Below the pieces are notes generated by a model. It was not told where the DNA came from. It did no database searches and saw nothing but the letters and a program-made list of their open reading frames with translations. The position numbers and the translations under genes are program-made. From contig JBHLQY010000001.1 in assembly GCA_048883105.1 (NCBI GenBank), positions 1-62,912 of the forward strand: a stretch of 62,912 bases of DNA, in the 5' to 3' direction. Numbering within the stretch: position 1 is the first letter of the stretch; each line of letters opens with the position of its first letter. This stretch comes from Candidatus Thorarchaeota archaeon (lineage in GTDB: Archaea > Asgardarchaeota > Lokiarchaeia > Sigyniarchaeales > SOKP01). Positions 30,012 through 38,834 of the stretch are shown piece by piece.

Positions 30012-31184
30012 TTGACTACAGAGGCTGAACAAGATTGGAAAGATATAATACATAGATGTTTTCGATGTGGATATTGTAAATTTACTTATGATTTTACTGA
30101 CTTAAATTGTCCTAGTTATAAAAAGTACCGATTTGAGACATATAGTACGGGTGGAAGAATGTGGCTTATATATGGTATTATTAATGGAGACCTTCAATGG
30201 AGTGAAAATTTAGCTAATGTATTATACTTGTGTTCTACTTGCGGAAATTGTATGGAAAATTGTAGGTTTGATAAATTTAATCATTTTCTCGTAGATTTTA
30301 TTGAAGCCGCACGCGCAGAAGCCGTTAAAAACGGTTTTTGTCCTGAAAGGCAAAAAGCTTTATTAGAACGCACAACTAATCCGGAAATGTTTAACCCTTA
30401 CGGAGAACAAAATTCTAATAACGAAAATTTGAAAAAGAAATATGATTTACCCGATGAGGCTGAATGGGTCTATTTTATTGGATGTACATCTAATTACCGG
30501 CAAAAAGAATTAAGAGATTCCACTTTAAGATTTCTTAAAAAAGCAAAGATTAATTTTACTCTAATTGACGAACATTGCTGTACAAGTCCGCTTATCAGAA
30601 CAGGACAAATTAAACCTGTCAAAGATATTATGAATTATAATATTCAAATGATTAAAGCTACTGGAGCATCTAAAGTCATTACATCATGTGCTGGTTGTTT
30701 TAGGACTTTAAAGGTAGATTTCCCAAAACATGCTGTTGAACATGATTTGGAAATTATTCATACAGCAGAGTTAATAAAACAACTTTTAGATGAAGGAAAG
30801 ATAAAATTTAATTCTGAATATAAGAAAATTGTTACATATCACGATCCATGCCATCTAGGAAGACATTCAGGATTATATGAACAACCTAGAGATGTTTATA
30901 AACAAATACCGGGTATAAAGCTTGTAGAAATGAATAGGAACAGAGAAAACGCATGGTGCTGTGGTGCTGGAGGGGGTGTTAAGATAGGATATCCTGAGTG
31001 GGCAACCGAGATTTCTAAGGAAAGATTCGAAGAAGCAAAAGAAACTGGGGCAACAGTGTTATCTTCCACATGTCCCTTTTGTCGGACTAATTTAAGTGAT
31101 GCTAATAAAGAATTCAATATGGGATTTGAAGTGATTGATCTCGTAGAAATTATAGATCAACTAGATTTTGAAGTACAAAAATAA
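30012..31184 (+). CDS. (Fe-S)-binding CCG-domain protein (GlcF / HdrD / LutA-like)
   Basis: The ORF has two 4Fe-4S-type motifs (CFRCGYCKF...CP; CSTCGNCMENC) and two CCG-type Cys-rich domains (CCTSP...; CCGAGGG...CPFC). The start is set at TTG 30012 because of the SD spacing. Confidence 0.75.
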   Translation: MTTEAEQDWKDIIHRCFRCGYCKFTYDFTDLNCPSYKKYRFETYSTGGRMWLIYGIINGDLQWSENLANVLYLCSTCGNCMENCRFDKFNHFLVDFIEAARAEAVKNGFCPERQKALLERTTNPEMFNPYGEQNSNNENLKKKYDLPDEAEWVYFIGCTSNYRQKELRDSTLRFLKKAKINFTLIDEHCCTSPLIRTGQIKPVKDIMNYNIQMIKATGASKVITSCAGCFRTLKVDFPKHAVEHDLEIIHTAELIKQLLDEGKIKFNSEYKKIVTYHDPCHLGRHSGLYEQPRDVYKQIPGIKLVEMNRNRENAWCCGAGGGVKIGYPEWATEISKERFEEAKETGATVLSSTCPFCRTNLSDANKEFNMGFEVIDLVEIIDQLDFEVQK

Positions 31185-31197
31185 AGAAAAAAATTTT

Positions 31198-32220
31198 TTA
31201 ATAATTCAACGTCTCACCTAATGCTAGCCGGCACAAATCGCTTAATAAATAATTTTTTAGACCGTTTCTCTCGGTTTTAGACGCTAAGGTGTCCATACAC
31301 GCCGCGCAATTATAAACACAGGCTTCGGCTCCGTGGTCCAACATATCTTTAATTTGTTTGTTTTGAGTTGGTCTCAATAATTTATTTTTACCCAGCATTG
31401 GAAGAGTACCTCCACAACATAATGCGTTTTCTCTATCATATTTTCTTGCAACTCTTTCAACGCCAATTAATTCACAAATTTTATCAACCCATTTATCTGT
31501 TTCTGGAATAAATCGGTTAGAGCAATTTCTCTGATAAGCGATTTTCATATTGAGCTTTTTTATTTCACTCTTATGATCTATTAAATAATTGTAGAGATAT
31601 TCAAACAAATGGATAGGCTTAAAATCAGGTGGTAATTCTATATTGTTTCTTGGACAATATGAAGCATATAAACCGTAACATTCATCGTGGAAACAAATCA
31701 TTTCCTTTATACCCTGCTTTTTAATATTCTCTATTATTATTGGAGCTCTTTCTCTAATAATTGAATCTCTTTCGACATGATGGTATAAAAGATTGCAAAA
31801 AAAATCAAGACCAGCAACATATTGCAAGTTTTCAAACAATTGTCCTTCCATGTGTTTAGCATGAGATTTTACAAAAGCACATTTATTTAGTACTGGTTTT
31901 TCCGAGTCAATATGTTTTAATCTTAATTCGTCATGAGGTTTATATCTATTTATTATTGATTCAAGAAGTTTCGGCACAATATTATGTGAATTATATTTTT
32001 CTTGTAATTCCGTTATTAAATCGAATGGATGAGAACCATATGGACAATATTCATCACACCCAAAACAAGTAACGCATTCACCTAAAACTCGAGAATCCTC
32101 GCCATTAATCATTTTCATGTGTTCCGTTCTGGCTTCCTCTACATTTTCAAATTCAATCCATTGGCAGCGTGTTAAACAATCAATATTTTCACAATTAGCA
32201 CAATTGTTTTTATCAAAAAT
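31198..32220 (-). CDS. HdrD/GlpC-like Fe-S, CCG-domain protein with a probable ATT start
   Basis: The track ORF (31198-32118) contains CVTCFGCDEYCP and CCGG...CAAC motifs. The same frame continues 34 codons upstream and encodes IFDKNNCANCENIDCLTRC, a first Cys cluster. The extension is bounded by a TAA-TAA double stop, and only ATT (32220-32218) is available as a start. Confidence 0.7.
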   Translation of the reverse strand: MFDKNNCANCENIDCLTRCQWIEFENVEEARTEHMKMINGEDSRVLGECVTCFGCDEYCPYGSHPFDLITELQEKYNSHNIVPKLLESIINRYKPHDELRLKHIDSEKPVLNKCAFVKSHAKHMEGQLFENLQYVAGLDFFCNLLYHHVERDSIIRERAPIIIENIKKQGIKEMICFHDECYGLYASYCPRNNIELPPDFKPIHLFEYLYNYLIDHKSEIKKLNMKIAYQRNCSNRFIPETDKWVDKICELIGVERVARKYDRENALCCGGTLPMLGKNKLLRPTQNKQIKDMLDHGAEACVYNCAACMDTLASKTERNGLKNYLLSDLCRLALGETLNY

Positions 32221-32438
32221 GTTTTATTACACCACTTTTTTATTTATATTGCTATTAACTTCATTATTATTAGTTGTTATATAGAGATTAATTCTAAAAT
32301 ATAATTAATCTCTTTTAATACAAAATAAAGAAATTCCTATTATTAATCTTTAGAAAATATTTTTGAATTTTATAAAATTAGATAGTCAAAAGTCATCAAC
32401 TTTTTTTTATAATTTTTAGGTTAAGATTTTTGCCAGAA

Positions 32439-32885
32439 ATGGATGAGATTTACGAAGTTCATGAGAATTTATATATAGGAGCATATTGGCCAAGACTAAA
32501 TTTTACAAAATTTAAGAAAATAGGCATTACTGCCATTGTAAATTTAATGGAAGAAAATCACTACGATCCCAGAAATCTAGGATTTGATTATTTACATCGA
32601 GGATTTCCTGACGATTGGTATGTGCCTCATAGCTTTCTAAAAGACATTTTGGAGTTTATTGATGTTCATATAAGGAAGGGAAAAGTTCTAGTACATTGTG
32701 CTATGGGAATTTCAAGAAGCGGCGGAATTATTGTAGCATGGTTGCTAAAAGAAAATCCAGATTGGAGCTGGAGTGATGCTATGGATTACGTTGGAAGATC
32801 TCGGTTAATCTTTCCAGCAGTTGAGATTAGAGAATCTGTATTAGATTATTTTGAATCGTTTGAAGGACGAAGAAGAGAATATTAA
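32439..32885 (+). CDS. Dual-specificity protein phosphatase (Cys-based, HCX5R)
   Basis: The active-site loop VLVHCAMGISRSGGIIVAWLL gives the HC(X5)R(S/T) signature, and the size fits a minimal DSP domain. Confidence 0.8.
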   Translation: MDEIYEVHENLYIGAYWPRLNFTKFKKIGITAIVNLMEENHYDPRNLGFDYLHRGFPDDWYVPHSFLKDILEFIDVHIRKGKVLVHCAMGISRSGGIIVAWLLKENPDWSWSDAMDYVGRSRLIFPAVEIRESVLDYFESFEGRRREY

Positions 32886-32947
32886 AATCTTTTTGTTATA
32901 ATAAAAAATTTAAAAAAAAAAGAGATTTTGAAATTTACTTTTATAAT

Positions 32948-33604
32948 TTAATAGATCCAACCAAATATTCCCATGAAAATAATGTTTAATATTATCGCAA
33001 TGGCAAAAATGACTCCTATTGCCATCTTCTTTTGCTTATCGTCTTTCAATCGAAGCACTAGAATTATTGCTATAAAAAAATGGAAGTAGCCGATTAGAAA
33101 TATCAAAATGACACCCCATGGTGACAAATTCCACCATGGGTATTCCCATATTAACAATCCACCAATATTCAGAAGGCATTCAACAAATAAGGCAAAAGCA
33201 GCAAAAAATATTGCCAAGAACCAACGATTTGGAAGTCCTAAAATCTTTTTGTCTTTATCTTCGTAAAGAGAATAGTAATAAACGATTCCTGCTATTGAAA
33301 ACATAAATATAATCTCTAAATTCCAACCAATCATAACTCTTAGTGCTGTATCTCCTGGAGTTGTCCAAAAAGCAGAATGCTGAGTGGCTGCAAAGATCAT
33401 ACCGTTCCATGTCTCGTTGATAAAATCCATACCAAAAAGAGTTAAACCAGCGTAAATGGGATCCCAATTTCCGGTTTCTCGGGCCTTATGGATCTCTTTC
33501 ATATAAATATAAAGAACGATTACTAGTAGAGGGATCGCATACCATTTCATCATAGTAAGGTCCCGAAGGCCATCGAGGGCCTGCCTTGATGCTTCCGTTA
33601 CCAT
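32948..33604 (-). CDS. Polytopic membrane protein, 218 aa, function unknown
   Basis: The ORF has five to six W/F/Y-rich hydrophobic segments. I recognise no motif. Confidence 0.5.
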   Translation of the reverse strand: MVTEASRQALDGLRDLTMMKWYAIPLLVIVLYIYMKEIHKARETGNWDPIYAGLTLFGMDFINETWNGMIFAATQHSAFWTTPGDTALRVMIGWNLEIIFMFSIAGIVYYYSLYEDKDKKILGLPNRWFLAIFFAAFALFVECLLNIGGLLIWEYPWWNLSPWGVILIFLIGYFHFFIAIILVLRLKDDKQKKMAIGVIFAIAIILNIIFMGIFGWIY

Positions 33605-33739
33605 ATTTTTTCACTTCTTTTCTTTATCTAATTTTTTAATTTAAGTTTAATTTAAATTTACTTTAAGAGTTATTTATATTTTTTTAGACAATTGTTTATA
33701 TATGATTAAAATTTAATCGATTTGTATATTAAACAATTT

Positions 33740-33747
33740 GAGGTGAT
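33740..33747 (+). promoter_or_regulatory. Shine-Dalgarno element (GAGGTGAT)
   Basis: GAGGTGAT lies 9 nt upstream of the ATG at 33757. It is complementary to the canonical archaeal 16S 3' end. Confidence 0.6.
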
Positions 33748-33756
33748 ATATCTAAC

Positions 33757-34383
33757 ATGAGTTTTAAAAAAATGATGGGATCTATTACAGATAAGTTAAA
33801 GATTTCAGGAGGAGTTATAAGAGATGCTATTAAACAAAATAAGGAATATATAGACGCTGAATTAAGAGTTATAAAAATGGCTCAAGAAGGTATTAATGCA
33901 TTAAAATCTTATGCTGAAGCTGAAACACCAAGCTTAAAAACATCTGTAAATGCATTAGCTCAAAAACTTGAAAATAAAGAAAAAGCGAGAGAAGAAATGG
34001 CGAATCAATTGCAAGAAAAATTTATTAATCTTCTTAATGAAATTTTAGATGAAGAAAGAAATTTGAGTGAGAAACTCAAGCTAGCTGACGATGCTCAGAA
34101 AGACTTGGCAAAAGCAGAAAATAAACTTGCAAAACTAGAATCTAAACCAAAAGAAAAGCTAAAACCAGAACAAATTGATGAGGCTAAAAGCGCTTTAAAA
34201 GAAGCTGATGGAACTTATCGGGAAGCTGAGGCTAAAGCAAATGCTGCGGACAATGCTTATAACAAAAAAAAATTGGATTTAATGAAATCAATATTAAAGA
34301 ATATAGAAGATATCGAAAGAGCATTCCATGATAAGGCTTTGAAGCAAATTGGAGCTAAAAAAGAAGTAGCAATTAGTGTTTAA
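33757..34383 (+). CDS. All-helical 208-aa protein, BAR-domain-like
   Basis: A strong SD precedes the ATG. Three long predicted helices match BAR-domain size, and the last helix ends ...KKKLDLMKSILKNIEDIERAFHDKALKQI. This resembles the conserved third-helix end of BAR domains (...f......e..FH......). Confidence 0.45.
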   Translation: MSFKKMMGSITDKLKISGGVIRDAIKQNKEYIDAELRVIKMAQEGINALKSYAEAETPSLKTSVNALAQKLENKEKAREEMANQLQEKFINLLNEILDEERNLSEKLKLADDAQKDLAKAENKLAKLESKPKEKLKPEQIDEAKSALKEADGTYREAEAKANAADNAYNKKKLDLMKSILKNIEDIERAFHDKALKQIGAKKEVAISV

Positions 34384-34663
34384 GATGAATAAAAGGTAAA
34401 TTGGATGAAAATTTAATCCACATGACTTTTTATATCTCATTATTATGTATTAATAAAAAAATATTAGAAGGTTACATTTTTTTTAATTATATATTCATCA
34501 ATTTCTTCATATGTATAAGAAAATGTTTTAGAGTCATAAAAGAAATAATTTTATAAATGCTACTTTTATAAATATCTTTGATTAGGTAATTATTTTAAAA
34601 TTTAACTTTAAAAAACCACAAAATTAAAAATATTTCATTTATAAGCAGATTGGTGGGTTCTTA

Positions 34664-35743
34664 ATTTCTCGTAAAAGAGTCAAAAACTGGTCTCGATCAA
34701 TTAGAAATTTTCTTATTAACAAATTTACTGGGAAAAAAATTCCATACTCCGCCCAAATAGAAGTTAATTTAAAATGCAATGCAAAATGTCCATTCTGCGC
34801 AATTGATATATTGCCGGAGTCTTATGTTAATAATGAGATGACAACAGAACAGATAAAGTTATTAATTGATCAGTTAGCTGAAATAGGTGTAAATGCGTTA
34901 TCCCTCACAGGAGGAGAGCCAACTTTAAGGAGCGATCTACCAGAACTTATTTATCACATGGGAATTGTTCATGATTTTTTTAATGGCATAACTAGTAATG
35001 GATTTTATCTACCTGAATTGATACCTAAATTTGAAGGCTTAGATTATATATTAACTTCGCTTGATTATCCTACGGCTGAATTACATGATAGAATAAGAGG
35101 AATAAAAGTTTTTGATAAAGTCATTAGGTCTATTCATTTAGCTCATAAAAAGGACATAAACGTTGTAATCAGTACGGTTGTGATGAAGGATAATTTAGAT
35201 TTATTAGAAGATCTCTGTGAGTTAGCTGAAAATTTAAATTGCGCAATCGAATTATATCCATGTGAAGATATTATGTGGAATATTTCCGATAAAAGTTATC
35301 GAGTTAATGGCATTAAAGATTTAATACCTGACTTAACAATCTGGGCTAATAAAATTAGAGAGTTAAAACCCAAATTCAAAAATATTCTCACAGATACAGT
35401 AAGCGTCGAGATAATTGAAAAGGGTGGTTTTGGTGGTAATCCTCATTTTTACCAGGATATATTGCGATGCCATGTTGCTGAGGCTTATATGTTTATACGT
35501 CATGATGGTGTTATTGATTATCCATGCAAAATAAATCCTCTAAGAAGTTTTGATGCTTTTAAGTATCCTCCTTCGAAAATAATTAATTGTATGGAAGTAA
35601 GAGATATTATGGAAAAACATGACGATTATAGTTTTTGTAACGGCTGTCGACTAGGATGTGCTATAATGGCTTCAATACCAACTAGACTGAAAACATTTTA
35701 CGCAAAATACATACGAGGTTTCTTAGATGGCAATTTAGGATAA
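34664..35743 (+). CDS. Radical SAM protein (possible SPASM-type C-terminal Cys cluster), probable ATT start
   Basis: In-frame codons upstream of the track start (TTG 34811) encode ...IPYSAQIEVNLKCNAKCPFCAIDI, the CX3CX2C radical SAM motif. They are followed by SLTGGEPTLRSDL (the GGEP SAM motif). The frame is open from 34628 with no ATG/GTG/TTG before 34811. ATT at 34664 lies 8 nt after a GGTG. The C-terminus has CNGCRLGC. Confidence 0.72.
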   Translation: MSRKRVKNWSRSIRNFLINKFTGKKIPYSAQIEVNLKCNAKCPFCAIDILPESYVNNEMTTEQIKLLIDQLAEIGVNALSLTGGEPTLRSDLPELIYHMGIVHDFFNGITSNGFYLPELIPKFEGLDYILTSLDYPTAELHDRIRGIKVFDKVIRSIHLAHKKDINVVISTVVMKDNLDLLEDLCELAENLNCAIELYPCEDIMWNISDKSYRVNGIKDLIPDLTIWANKIRELKPKFKNILTDTVSVEIIEKGGFGGNPHFYQDILRCHVAEAYMFIRHDGVIDYPCKINPLRSFDAFKYPPSKIINCMEVRDIMEKHDDYSFCNGCRLGCAIMASIPTRLKTFYAKYIRGFLDGNLG

Positions 35744-35856
35744 TTTTAAGTAAAATTTTCTACTCAAAATAAGTTTAGTTTAAAATCCTAATTATAACTA
35801 CTTAAATATATAAAAAAATTTAATTAAAATTCAAATTTTCTTAATATAGTGATATT

Positions 35857-36477
35857 ATGGAACCAATTACTCCTGATATAATATTTCAACTTATGTTTAT
35901 CGCATTTGTGATGGTTTTATTTAGTTTATTATTGAATAAAATTCTTGGAGTAAAACCTTCAAAAATGAAAGAAATTAGAGATAAAGCAAAGAATCTGAGA
36001 GAAAGGGTGCGGCAAGCTGAGATTTTAGGAGATACTGTATTAATGCAACAATTACAAGTTGAAACAATGCAAATGATGAAAGATATGTTAAAAAAACAAT
36101 TGGTTCCAATGTGTATTAGATGTTTGATTTTTATCGGAATTTTTATTGTTATTTCTATGTTTTACGGTCAATACGAGTATTGGTTTTGGATTTATTTCTT
36201 GTTCTCTTTTAGTTTTTCAATGATAGCAATGGGCTTAAGATACGCTTATAAAAAGGCAAAAGGGAAAGAAGATAAAAGAAAGGTTTTTGCTAAAGAAATT
36301 ATGGAGTCTATTTACCCATCTCAACAACTTCAACTTCAAAGTTCAGGCTTTCATTTATCAGGCCATCCTGCAACAGAATCTCAAGACTCATCTAATTTTC
36401 AAGAAAGCCCTAATGCAAAAGAGGAGAACCAAAAAGTTGAAAAGTCTGATGATTGGAAAGATAGAATGCAAAATTAA
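35857..36477 (+). CDS. DUF106 / EMC3-TMCO1-like membrane protein (archaeal Oxa1-superfamily insertase candidate)
   Basis: TM1 is followed by a basic coiled coil (KMKEIRDKAKNLRERVRQAEILGD...MQQLQVETMQMMKDMLKKQLVPM) and then two further TMs. This is the characteristic DUF106 layout. A polar, low-complexity C-terminal tail follows. Confidence 0.62.
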   Translation: MEPITPDIIFQLMFIAFVMVLFSLLLNKILGVKPSKMKEIRDKAKNLRERVRQAEILGDTVLMQQLQVETMQMMKDMLKKQLVPMCIRCLIFIGIFIVISMFYGQYEYWFWIYFLFSFSFSMIAMGLRYAYKKAKGKEDKRKVFAKEIMESIYPSQQLQLQSSGFHLSGHPATESQDSSNFQESPNAKEENQKVEKSDDWKDRMQN

Positions 36478-36530
36478 ATTTAATTATCCTTCAAACTTTC
36501 TCTATATATATTAAATTTAATATAATCTAA

Positions 36531-36824
36531 ATGCTCATGAAACGCAATATTATCATTCTTAATTTTTTTTTTATAACTTTATTCGTTATATTTTTAATAT
36601 TATCTTTGTTCTTCTGGTTCTTTTTATTAATCCCTCTTTTCTTTTTGCCAATTATATGTTATGTACCTTTCGCTTTTAAAGGGAAAAAGGGAAGATTGGA
36701 ACCATTATTAGATATTGACAGTCAATTTCCAAAAATAAGAAAATGTTCCGCGTGCGGGGGCGAGATTAGAGAACCGCTTGCTCAGTACTGTTATCACTGT
36801 GGTTCTAAACTAAATAAAAAATAA
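36531..36824 (+). CDS. Small membrane protein with a C-terminal zinc ribbon
   Basis: Two hydrophobic segments are followed by CSACGGEIREPLAQYCYHCGSKL (CxxC...CxxC). Confidence 0.45.
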   Translation: MLMKRNIIILNFFFITLFVIFLILSLFFWFFLLIPLFFLPIICYVPFAFKGKKGRLEPLLDIDSQFPKIRKCSACGGEIREPLAQYCYHCGSKLNKK

Positions 36825-36830
36825 AAACGG

Positions 36831-37337
36831 TTGAAAATCATGGAAGAAATTAACGAGATTAAAAAAGTTGATGATATTAGAAAACAACTGATTCTCTATT
36901 TTTTATTTGCTATAGCTATGATTTTGGTGAATTATCTAATCCAAAAGCTAAATCAATTATTAATTACGCCATATATTTGTCACAATTTTGGAAATATTTC
37001 GCTCATTCAAACTTTCTATTGTTCAACTAACCCGTATAATATGCCTGAATTAATTGGCTCTATTTTCGCAGTTGGAATTACTTACATAACAAAATTTATT
37101 TTGGATAAATTTATTGTTTTCAAACGAAAAAAGATCGAATTAAAAGAAACCTCTAAAGAATTCTTTAAATATTTTGGATTTGCCATCATTACTACGATAA
37201 TAAACATTGGTATTCAATTTATTTTAACAAACTTTTTTAAGACTCCGTTAGAAATTAGTGTTATAGTTGCATTATCAATAGGATATTTCTTGAAATTCTT
37301 ATTGGATCGCAAATATGTTTTTAATAAGGAGTATTAA
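36831..37337 (+). CDS. GtrA-like four-TM membrane protein
   Basis: The ORF is ~165 aa with four TMs. It ends with the FLKFLLDRKYVFNK motif typical of the GtrA family (....R.wVF). Confidence 0.55.
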   Translation: MKIMEEINEIKKVDDIRKQLILYFLFAIAMILVNYLIQKLNQLLITPYICHNFGNISLIQTFYCSTNPYNMPELIGSIFAVGITYITKFILDKFIVFKRKKIELKETSKEFFKYFGFAIITTIINIGIQFILTNFFKTPLEISVIVALSIGYFLKFLLDRKYVFNKEY

Positions 37338-37438
37338 TCAAGATTAGAGATTACTTAAGAATAATAGAATAATAAAATTTAATAGATAAAATTGCGTTTC
37401 AACTATTAAATAAGAAAAATAAAAGATTGAATTGCCTT

Positions 37439-38770
37439 ATGCCAAAAGATGGTGAAGAAGACGATAAATCAATCGTAGACGCTCTTTCTGCTCTAGGATG
37501 GGTCGAAGAAAAAGAAGAAGGCGAAGAGCCCACAGAATTAGAAGAGGACCTTCAAACTCAACTTAATTTCTTTAAAGAACAATATAAACAATTAACTGAA
37601 GACATAAAAAAGCTTGCAAGAGAAAAAGATGAGTTGATGAAAGAGAAAAACGAATTGTCAAGAGAAAATGAACAACTATTACAAATGACTCTAGGCGAAA
37701 AAAGTAAGAGCGATGACGTACAAGTTGATATTGAATCTTTAAAAGAAAAAGATCAAATTATTGCTGATAAGGATCGAATTATAGATGAATTAGAAACGAA
37801 AATTCAAGATATGACTGAAAAAATCGATAGTCGTGGACATCAGATTGCGGCAGTCCAAGAATTAAAAGATATTATAGCTCAAAAAGACGTAGAGATTGAA
37901 GAAAAACAAGATTATATGCATCAACTATATTCTACAGTCAGTGAGAAAAATTTCGAAATTGAAGAGAAAACTCAAGAGATGCAGGAGATGAATAATAAAG
38001 TTAAAGATTTAGAAGAGAAATTATCCCATTACGAAGATTTAACTCCAATTATAGAGGAACAAAATCAAAAAATCAAAGATTTAGTATCTCAAATTGACAA
38101 ACAGAAAATTGAACTCGAGAACTTACAGGAAAAGGATAATAAAATAAAAGAATTAGAAGAGCAAATTCAGTATCTAGAAAATGAGATGAAACTTGATACA
38201 GTAAAAAAATCAAAATATGAAAAAATTAGATTGCTTGTAGAAAAAAAAGACGAAATTATAACAGAAAAGGAAAAAGCGATTTTTGAAGCTGAAAATTCCT
38301 TAAAATTAACCAATCAAAAAATTAATGATTTAGCACAACAATTAGAAACTTTTAATCTTGTTAAAAAAGATTTGGAGAAAAAAGAAGAACGCATTAAAAC
38401 ATTAGTAATTGAAATTGAAGAAAAAATTCAAAAAGAGCTTGCGAATAAAGAAACAATTAAAAATCTTGAAGAAAAACTTGAAAAGGCTCAAAAATCTAGT
38501 GCTAAATATGAAATACAATTTAATAATAATGTGAATCTACTACAAGAAAAAGAAACAGAGTTAAAGAATTTAAATGTTAAAATTAAAGAATTAAATAATA
38601 AATTAACTGAAGGAGAAAAAATCGAAGATAAGCTTTTAAACGATATCCAGAAGATTAAAGATGATAAATTAAAGCTTGAATCAGAGCTGGAAAAAAAGAA
38701 TGCGGAATTAGTAGAACTAAAGAAAAAGATAAAATTAATGCGTAGAGAAATATCAAAATCTAAAAAATAG
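37439..38770 (+). CDS. E/K-rich coiled-coil protein (~443 aa)
   Basis: The ORF is almost uninterrupted heptad-like E/K/L/I sequence. It has an acidic N-terminus and a basic C-terminus (KKKIKLMRREISKSKK). I prefer the ATG at 37439. Confidence 0.55.
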   Translation: MPKDGEEDDKSIVDALSALGWVEEKEEGEEPTELEEDLQTQLNFFKEQYKQLTEDIKKLAREKDELMKEKNELSRENEQLLQMTLGEKSKSDDVQVDIESLKEKDQIIADKDRIIDELETKIQDMTEKIDSRGHQIAAVQELKDIIAQKDVEIEEKQDYMHQLYSTVSEKNFEIEEKTQEMQEMNNKVKDLEEKLSHYEDLTPIIEEQNQKIKDLVSQIDKQKIELENLQEKDNKIKELEEQIQYLENEMKLDTVKKSKYEKIRLLVEKKDEIITEKEKAIFEAENSLKLTNQKINDLAQQLETFNLVKKDLEKKEERIKTLVIEIEEKIQKELANKETIKNLEEKLEKAQKSSAKYEIQFNNNVNLLQEKETELKNLNVKIKELNNKLTEGEKIEDKLLNDIQKIKDDKLKLESELEKKNAELVELKKKIKLMRREISKSKK

Positions 38771-38834
38771 AATTATCGCTGATTAACCCTATTTATAAAA
38801 TTAAAAAAGATAAAAATAAAATAATTTAAATTTA

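Noticed and set aside
33757-34383. The 208-aa helical protein considered as an ESCRT-III/Snf7 or PspA/Vipp1 family member.
   Set aside because: It lacks the basic-N/acidic-C charge asymmetry and the helical-hairpin pattern of ESCRT-III. It also lacks the PspA-type N-terminus. The three equal helices and the terminal ...ERAFH... element fit a BAR-like fold better, though this is still unproven.
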